Assembly: GCA_965644315.1 (NCBI GenBank)
Contig: CBFFRQ010000089.1
Location: 682,001 to 746,000 of the forward strand
From: Caecitellus pseudoparvulus
Taxonomy: Eukaryota > Protista > Bigyra: Bicosoecida
Length of the DNA stretch: 64,000 nucleotides
Direction of reading: 5' to 3'
Part shown: positions 56,580 through 64,000 of the stretch, piece after piece
Layout: each line of letters opens with the position of its first letter
Numbering within the stretch: position 1 is the stretch's first letter
Notes under the pieces: model-generated
Told to the model about the DNA's origin: nothing
The model's database searches: none
Seen by the model: the letters and a program-made list of their open reading frames with translations, nothing else
Program-made: the position numbers and the translations under genes

Positions 56580-58266
56580 ATGGCAGCCACAGCTGCCGGT
56601 GCGACGCCAGAAGGCTGGACGCCCTCCTCTTGGAGGAGCAAGCCCATCAAGCAGCAACCTGACTTTCCGGACGCCGACGCGCTGGAATCTGCTCTGGGAG
56701 AGGGTGAGAGTTGGCGAGCAATGGTTCGCCTGCCGTCGCAGATGCAAGCTCGTCTTCAACACGCCTGCGCAGTGCACAAGCTGCCCCCCATCGTGTCTGC
56801 ACGCGAAGTGTTGGACGTCCGCGCCCAGTTGGCTGAGGTGGCCCAGGGCAAGCGATTCCTGCTGCAGGGCGGGGACTGCGCCGAGCGCTTCGTGGACTGC
56901 TCCAGCGAGCCCATCGAGAAGAAGCTGAAGATTTTGCTGCAGATGTCGCTGATCCTGACGTGGGGGGCACGCATCCCCACGCTGCGCATTGGGCGCATCG
57001 CAGGGCAGTTCGCGAAGCCCCGCAGCAGTCCCACAGAGGTCGTGGATGGCAGTGCGTGGCGCCCGGGCGGAGCTGTGGTTTGTGCAATTTCCGCGCCCAC
57101 ACCGCGCTCATTGACCGCTTCGCAGAGGAGGTGCAAACGTACAAAGGAGACAATGTCAACGGATACGACGTGGAAGACCGCACACCGGACCCCCAGCGCA
57201 TCGTGAAGGGGTACTTCCACAGTGCCAGTGCGTGCGGCAGAGACTTGTCCACTGCACGGCGGCGGCCCACGATTCCTGCCCCCCCTGCGCAGCCACCATG
57301 AACTACATTCGGGCTCTGCTGTCCTCTGGCTTTGGCTCTCTGCATGAGGCCAAGCACTGGGACCTGGGCTTTGTGCAGGACCTGGAGCACCGCGCCACGT
57401 ACCAGGACATGACAGACCGCATCCTGTCCAGCCTGGACTTCATGCGGGTGTGCGGCGTCAGCACAGGCTCCAACGTCGAGTCTGCGCCCGTGTACATCTC
57501 CCACGAGGGCCTGCAGCTAGGGTACGAGGAGGCCCTCACCCGCGAGGGCGAGGGCGGCGGCTGGTTCAACTTGGGAGCGCACTTCCTGTGGATTGGGGAC
57601 CGGACGCGGCAGCTGGACCACGCTCACGTGGAGTACTTCCGGGGCCTGCAGAACCCAGTGGGCGTGAAGGTGGGCCCCACGACGCCCCCAGAGGATCTCG
57701 TGCCCCTCATCCGGGCGCTGTGCCCGGACCTGGACACAGAGGCCCAGCGTGGCAAGGTTGTGCTCATCACGCGGTTGGGTGCTGGTAAGGTGGAGACCCT
57801 GCTGCCACCCTTCATCCGGGCAGTGCAGGCGGCAGGGCTGGGGGAGTACGTCGTCTGGACCTGCGACCCCATGCACGGAAATACGTACAAGGTGGAGGAC
57901 AGCGGCTTGAAGACGCGGAGCTTCGACAACATCCTGGCGGAGTTGCGTGACACGTTTGCGGTGCATGAGGCGCTGGGCAGCCACCTGGGCGGTGTGCACT
58001 TCGAGTTGACGGGAGAGAACGTGACGGAGTGCACGGGAGGGCCCCAGGCCCTGAAGGAGGAGCACCTGTCCCAGGCATACACGACCTTCTGCGACCCTCG
58101 ACTGAACTACTCGCAGGGCATGGAGGTGGCCTTCCTCATTGCGCAGCGCTTGCAGCAGGAGGCTGATGACGCCGCCTCCACCAGCAGCAAGACGCTGGTG
58201 ACGGATGAAGCTGCCATGGCGAGGCTGCGGGGGGACTTGTCCCCTGCCGAACAGGCGGCAGAGTAG
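56580..58266 (+). CDS. Class II DAHP synthase (shikimate pathway)
   Basis: Introns at 56704-56772, 57052-57125 and 57228-57292. Motifs: W...SW....QQP, LLQGGDCAE, GRIAGQFAKPRS, GDNVNG, SHEGL, FLWIGDRTRQLD, DPMHGNT, GGVHFELTG, CDPRLN. No obvious plastid-targeting extension. Confidence 0.96.
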
Positions 58267-58546
58267 CCGCGGCGGGCATGTGCAATGCACGTGACAGCTT
58301 GCAAGTTCACCCAGCTACCAACTACGAATCGCACCCGGCCCAGGGCACATGAGCAGGGGCACAGGAAATTCAAAATGACGTCCAGCGGGCCACATCCACT
58401 CTGAAGGGACACTTGGTTGTGCCCGAGGTGCTGGGTGCCGTTGTCTGGAGCTTGCAGGCGAGTGGCAGCTGCGCAGCTGTTGGGGTGCTGTCGCGGCGAC
58501 AGTTGGCTGTGCCTGCAGGCGGCGGCAGCGCCAGGCTTCGCGCAGC

Positions 58547-61485
58547 ATGGCAGGGACACGCCGCCAGTGGAATAAAGAAGAAGATGACATCATGATTGGG
58601 CTCGTGAAGCGGCATGGCATCAAGAACTGGAGCGTCATCTCAGAGTCCCTGTCAGATCAGACCGGCATTCCTCGCACGGGCAAGCAGTGCCGCACACGGT
58701 ATCTGAACCATCTGGACCCTGACATTAATCGTGCCCCATGGACTGTGCGTACTTGCACCTCCACTACGCCTGTCCACCGTCGCCGCGGGCAGTTGCCGTG
58801 TGCCGGCGGAAATGGAAGCAGCCGCACATCCCTCCCCTGCCACGCCGTCTGCCCAGGACGAGGAAAACACCATTCTGTACGAGGCGCAAGCCAAACATGG
58901 AAACAAGTGGGCGAAAATTAGCCAGCTGCTGCCCGGGCGCACCGACAACCAAGTGAAGAATCACTTTTACAGCACCATGCGCCGCACGGTGCGCAAGGTG
59001 AGCGAGCGAGGCCTGGCGTTGCTGTGGGCAACGGCGCCCCACTAAGCTTCTGCGCGCCCTGCCCAGATTCACCGGGAGGTGGAGCGCACCAAGGTCGTCG
59101 AGTCAAAAACAGGTACAGCACCATCTCAGTGAGTCCCCTTTGGCTGTTACATACCAGCCCCCTCCCACCGCTGCTCCCTGCGCCCGGTGCAGGATCGATG
59201 ATGTCATTGACCAGCTGAGCGAGGCTGACGCAGCCAGCTTCAAACGCTGCTATGAAGTGCTGCAGCAGAGCATCACAGGGCAGGCCTCCCCCACCTCCAT
59301 CCTGAACTCCAGCCTGCCCAAGTGTGTCACGTCAGCCATCACAAACCCCCCCGCAAGGTCTAAGCGCAAGAAAACAGCCAGTGGCGGCGTGCAAGACGTT
59401 GGCAGTGCGCCAGCACCTGCGCCGGCTGCCGCAGCAACCGCCGGCACTGCGGCGCAGCCTTTCCAGGTGCCGCCCCACCAGGCAGGGATCATGCCAGGCT
59501 ATTCGTACGCCAGCTCGTTTCCACCTGGCATGTATGCCTACCCAGGCATGGTGCCTGTCAGTGGCGGCATGCCTGGGCACTTTCTGCATGCGATGCAGCC
59601 GCCCACAGCTGTGATGGGTCAGGACGGAAACCTGTACATGGCGTACCCTCGAGCAGCCTTTCAACAAGCGGCACACGTGCAGCCAGTGCAGCCCAAGGCC
59701 ATCCCCGCACCCCACCCTCGCATGCCCAGCCAGGGGCACTCCTCCTCCTCCCGCTCCTCCTCCAACGCCAGCGTGAAGTTGCCCGTTTCCGTTGCTGCCC
59801 ACCCAGCGCAGTCCACGGCCCCGCCCACTGCCAGCGCACCACCCCAGGCGCCGCCTACAGCAGAAAGCGAAAAGAAAACCATTGGTGGTGCCAAGCGCAG
59901 GCGCTCTCTGCCTGGCGGCCTCACCATTGCCACTGACGCCGAGCTGGACCCTCGCAAGCTTGCCAACCTGTTGCCGCAGCACACGCCTGGCGGCAGCCTC
60001 ATCCCAGCCCGCCGCCGCGCCCACACGCAGCTGTTGCTGGGCATGCTGTCCAAGACTGCGCAGCCCACTGAGCAGAGCCGAGATGCCGCCACACAGCAGG
60101 CGGTGCGCATCACTGTGCACGCTGTGCCGGAGCAGGCCGCTGGCGCCGATGCTGAGGACGGCGAGGATGGTGAGGAGGCTGCGGACGACGAGGTGCCCGA
60201 CACGGACACCGCCGAGGCAGGCGCCGCAGCCCCGGCACATGCCACGTCAGCCTCCACGACACACCCTGACTCCCACTTCCCTCCCTCGGCCAGCCTGCTC
60301 ACGTACAGCAGCCTGGACAAGGCGTACGGGCGCATGCTGTCCTTCCAGCGCACGCCAGGCGGCGGCATCGTGGACGTGGCGCCCCAAGCCAAGGTCAGCG
60401 CCACGCCAGGAGGCAGCGGCCCACCTGCTGGCTCATCAGGCTTGCCGACGCCGCAAGGCGACCCCCACACCCACCTGCACGCCGTCGCGAGCGGTCTGCT
60501 GCACAACGCCAGCACCCTCGTGGCGTCACAGACGCCTCAGGCGTTGTCAGCTCTGGGGATCACCCCCCGTGGCGGCCTCGCCTCGCCCACTTCCGGCCTC
60601 AAGGACGGGGGGGCCTTCTTCTTTGCCGAGCAGAGCGCCCCGCCCCAGGCTAGCGTCATGCCCGCCCCCTCCTCTCAACCGCCCAGTGCCAGAGAGCGGG
60701 AGCAGGGGGGGGGCCTTGGCGTCGCCCCCCCCCTGGCACCAGCCTCCGCCCTTGCAGCAGCAGCAAGGCTATCAGCCCAGCGGTCCTTGGAGGCCTTCAC
60801 CGCGGCAGACGACCCACCTGGCGGGGACGGGCCCGGCCCCCTGGACCTGGATCGAGACGCCCTCCTCGACTACTTCTCACTTCCACCTGCCCTGCGCACC
60901 CCCGCCGGCCTGGGAGCCCTGGCAGCAACCTCCTCCAGTGCCCCTCCTGGGGCTGCCTTCACAATCGTGGGTCCAGCCCGGGCTGTCGGGGGTGGGCCCA
61001 CTCCCAACGCCTCCGCACCAGCTGCACCGGAGCCAGTTCAGCCGTTAGCCCAGGTGTCATCCAGCTCCTCAGAGGTGCTGGCAGGCACGGCGGCGCTGCT
61101 GGGGACGCACCCCAGCCTCAGCTCCTTGGTGTCCCCCCCCATTCGCGTGTCTGCCTCGCAGAGCGTGCCCACGACTGACTCTGCCGCGGCCCCCACCACC
61201 TCGCAGGGAGGCATCTTCACCTTCAAGGCCGACGAGACTGGCGGGCAGGGCGGGTCCACTGTGGGTGGCAGCGGGCACGCAGCTGCGCGGCCCTCCCGCG
61301 CGGCTGCCCATGCATCTCGCCTCTCGGCGTTGCTGTCGCCCACCTCTTCGGGCCTGCCTGTCGCCACCCCCCGCCTGCTAACATCCACGTCAGCGGCTTC
61401 GGGTCTGTTCTTCGGCACCACTCCTCGTGATGGGGCGGGGCAGGACGGCGTAGGTGCCGCCCCCATGCTGTTTGATTTTTCGTGA
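58547..61485 (+). CDS. R2R3-type Myb transcription factor
   Basis: Repeat 1 is WNKEED...NW..I...RTGKQCRTRYLNHLDP. Repeat 2, after the intron at 58745-58856, is WTDEEN...GNKWAKISQLLPGRTDNQVKNHFYSTMRR. Two further introns follow, then a long low-complexity C-terminus with many TP sites. Confidence 0.93.
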
Positions 61486-61571
61486 TGTTGCCACTTCTCA
61501 ATGAACTCCAACCCCGTGCGATGACTGCCCCAAGCGCGTAGGCAAGGTCAGCGCAGCACCAGAGTCACAGC

Positions 61572-63194
61572 ATGGCGGCTGTTGATGTGGAGGCATGTGC
61601 CAGTCCTGGGGTTGGCTCGCCTGCCTCGCCGGCCTGGTCCAGCGACGCGCTCGAGCAGGTGCCAGCAGCACTGCTGCTGTGGTACAACAGCCACCGGCGC
61701 AAGTTGCCATGGCGGGGCGACGCACCGCCATTCAGTGGCAGCACACGACAAGCCACCGAAGACCGCATGCGAGGGAAGGAGGCTGGGGGCAAGAGCAGTG
61801 CAGGGACTGGCCAGGCGAAGCTGTCAAGCTTCTTCAAATCCAGCAAGCCGATTTCCGCACCGTCCAAGGCGCCTGCCGGCCCCCCTGCTCCCCCCGCACC
61901 ACAGCAGGCAGCGAGCGAAGTCGCGATCCCTGTCACACCATATGGAGTGTGGATTTCAGAGGTCATGTTGCAGCAGACCCGCGTTGAAGCTGTCATTCCC
62001 TTCTGGCTCAAGTGGATGCAGCGCTTCCCAGACGTTGCAGCCCTGGCCACCGCGCCTGCGGAGGACGTCCTTGCTGCCTGGGCCGGGCTGGGGTTCTACC
62101 GCAGGGCACGGTCCCTGCACAAAGGCGCGCAGTTCATCATGTCCCAATGCGCCGGCCGCGTCCCTACGACTGTGAAGGAACTGTTGCGAGTGCCTTCCAT
62201 CGGCCCCTACACGGCCGGTGCCGTGGCTAGCATCGCCCTGGGGCAGCAGGAGGCAGTCGTGGACGGGAACGTCATCCGTGTGTGGTGCCGCATGCACCGC
62301 ATGGCCCTGGACCCCAAGGCACCAGCAACCGCCAAGACCTGCTGGCCCCTCTCTCGCAGCATCGTCCCGGCCCACCGCCCCGGTGACTTCAACCAGGCCC
62401 TTATGGAGCTGGGCGCCACCATCTGCACGCCCAAGGCGCCTGCATGCGACGCATGCCCAGTGGCACCCTGGTGTGCTGCCAGGGCTGAGAGCGTGGCCAA
62501 ACAAGAGCCAGGGGTGGTCCTGCAGTACCCAGCTGCAGCCAGCAAGAAGCCCCAGAAGCAGGTGGCCGGGTGCATGACACCGGTGCTGGGTGTGGATGGG
62601 CAGGGGCGATTGGGAACCCTCTTGCGTCGACGGCAGTCCAAAGGCGGGCTCCTGGCTGGCGCGTTCGAGCCTCCTGGAGCACTGCAGCTTCTCTCTGCCG
62701 CAGCAGGTGGTGCCGCGGGAGGAGGGGCGAGCGACCCGCCACCCACACCCCTGCCCTCACACGAAGAGATACTGCAAGAGGCGCTGCCTGAGGCACCTAT
62801 GCTGGACTGGGGCGATGAGCACACCATCACGCATGTGTTCAGCGGGGTCACACACACGCTGCGCGTGCGAGGGGCCTGGGCGGGCGCCCTTCCCGCTGGC
62901 ACCTGCCTGGCAGACACACCCTCCCCTCCCACTGCACAAGGACAGGCCGGGCCCTATGCCTGGTATGCCTTCGCTGCTCTGCCCCAGCTGGGCCTGACCA
63001 CATGGGCTTGCAAGATCCTTGCCACGGGCCTTGCCCGCGCACACGCCCCCTCCTCTGCCCGAGACGCTCTGTCCAGTCCACACGTGCAGCCCGCCCTGGC
63101 GCTGTTGGCAGCCCGCGGCAAGGCGAAAGCTGCCAAGCGCCGTGGCCCAGAGCCTGGTAGTGGCGCCGGCCCCGCGAAAATGGCTCGCAAGTAA
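61572..63194 (+). CDS. MUTYH: A/G-specific adenine DNA glycosylase
   Basis: Motifs: WY....R.LPWR, PYGVWISEVMLQQT, WAGLGFY.RA, HhH (PSIGPYTAGAVASIA), VDGNV.RV, FNQALMELGA, the 4Fe-4S motif C-X6-C-X2-C-X5-C, and a NUDIX-like C-terminus with HVFS. Confidence 0.96.
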   Translation: MAAVDVEACASPGVGSPASPAWSSDALEQVPAALLLWYNSHRRKLPWRGDAPPFSGSTRQATEDRMRGKEAGGKSSAGTGQAKLSSFFKSSKPISAPSKAPAGPPAPPAPQQAASEVAIPVTPYGVWISEVMLQQTRVEAVIPFWLKWMQRFPDVAALATAPAEDVLAAWAGLGFYRRARSLHKGAQFIMSQCAGRVPTTVKELLRVPSIGPYTAGAVASIALGQQEAVVDGNVIRVWCRMHRMALDPKAPATAKTCWPLSRSIVPAHRPGDFNQALMELGATICTPKAPACDACPVAPWCAARAESVAKQEPGVVLQYPAAASKKPQKQVAGCMTPVLGVDGQGRLGTLLRRRQSKGGLLAGAFEPPGALQLLSAAAGGAAGGGASDPPPTPLPSHEEILQEALPEAPMLDWGDEHTITHVFSGVTHTLRVRGAWAGALPAGTCLADTPSPPTAQGQAGPYAWYAFAALPQLGLTTWACKILATGLARAHAPSSARDALSSPHVQPALALLAARGKAKAAKRRGPEPGSGAGPAKMARK

Positions 63195-63228
63195 CGCATG
63201 CCCACCTCCCACGAGCAGCGTGCATTGC

Positions 63229-64000
63229 CTACAGTTCCACCGACTCGACCAGGTCAAAGTCCCCCAAGAATGCATCCAGGCCTTCAGCACCACCCGGCAA
63301 GGCTTCTGTCGTGCTGTCGTCCAGCCCTTCTGCAGGCTCGGGAGCGCTGTCCTCCACTGGCGCAGATGGCGAATGCGCTGCCGAGTCACCCAGCGACCGC
63401 GAGTCACCCAGCGACAGCCCCAGGTCCTCGCCACCACCAGCCGCGCCCCAGGCCGAAGCCTGCTTGGGCGAGGCGGCCTTGGTTGGCGACAGGGACTCCA
63501 GGGGCACAGCCGTGGCCGACAGCACCTGCTCCTCGCCATCCTCCCCCCCCTCGGCGCCGGCCGCCTCCACCGACTCCTCCACCTCTTCGATGCTTTCATC
63601 CAGCTCATCCTCCTCGAAGTCGGAATCGCCGTACTCATCCTCACTGCTGCTTCCGTCCCCCGCTGCGTCGCCCTCTGCGGGGGGCGCGCCTCGCTCCTGC
63701 ACACTGCGCGCTCCCAGCGTCACCCCAGGCTGTGATGTCAACGCCCCCCGCAGCTCTGCACTCGTGGCTGTGTCTTCGAACGAGCTGCTGAGGTCTGCTG
63801 CAGAGGTGGCATGCTCAGGGCCGGGGGACAGGGCTGAGGTCTCCACGCCTCGAGGGGCAGGGGGCGGCGAATCGTCCCCAGAGCCCTGGCCGCCAACTGC
63901 ATCCCGCAGGCCCTCCAAGGAGCCCATGCTGCCCAGGGCCGGAACACTGGGGCCTGTTCCCGGAAGGGGAGGAGGAGAGGAACCCAGCGCAGGCACTGGG
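63229..64000 (-). CDS. C-terminal part of an acidic low-complexity protein (5' end outside the window)
   Basis: The frame is open to the window edge and is D/E/S-rich (EYGDSDFEEDELDESIEE), ending LDAFLGDFDLVESVEL*. It is convergent with MUTYH. Confidence 0.65.
   Translation of the reverse strand, partial: PVPALGSSPPPLPGTGPSVPALGSMGSLEGLRDAVGGQGSGDDSPPPAPRGVETSALSPGPEHATSAADLSSSFEDTATSAELRGALTSQPGVTLGARSVQERGAPPAEGDAAGDGSSSEDEYGDSDFEEDELDESIEEVEESVEAAGAEGGEDGEEQVLSATAVPLESLSPTKAASPKQASAWGAAGGGEDLGLSLGDSRSLGDSAAHSPSAPVEDSAPEPAEGLDDSTTEALPGGAEGLDAFLGDFDLVESVEL

Noticed and set aside
40477-63194. Apparent DNA-repair cluster (PARG, BRCT protein, MUTYH)
   Set aside because: The genes are spread over 23 kb among unrelated genes, which is compatible with chance.

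Overview
This is eukaryotic nuclear DNA, not prokaryotic. It is very GC-rich and gene-dense, with short (mostly 60-90 nt) GT-AG introns whose donors are often GTGCG or GTGAG. The gene content suggests a flagellated protist, possibly a heterotrophic stramenopile (inference only). About 21 protein-coding genes can be reconstructed: a CX5R phosphatase, GRWD1, TRAP-gamma, CysRS, TSC2, an actinobacterial-like orphan, PUS7/TruD, a giant C-terminal kinase, a prominin/tweety-like protein, a MINPP-like phosphatase, PARG, a hybrid histidine kinase, an MCPH1-like BRCT protein, PPWD1, CCP5, a class II DAHP synthase, an R2R3-Myb, MUTYH, a partial acidic protein, and two paralogous orphan ORFs. Most other ORFs in the track are GC-driven antisense or alternate-frame shadows. 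Three features stand out. (1) A ~2.3 kb cassette occurs twice, 52 kb apart (~2150-4440 and ~54080-56350). It consists of a dead fragment of the splicing-factor gene SMU1, with the same Trp->TAG stop in both copies, placed in front of an intact, intronless, fast-diverging ~460 aa orphan ORF ending in C-x-x-Q. (2) A strand-oriented motif, CAATG(C/A)A(C/T), sits at or just after the stop codon of about half the genes and is a candidate non-canonical 3'-end/polyadenylation signal. (3) An intron-containing gene resembles an uncharacterised actinobacterial protein family. No rRNA, tRNA, CRISPR array or transposase was recognised. All family assignments come from motif recognition by eye, not database searches.
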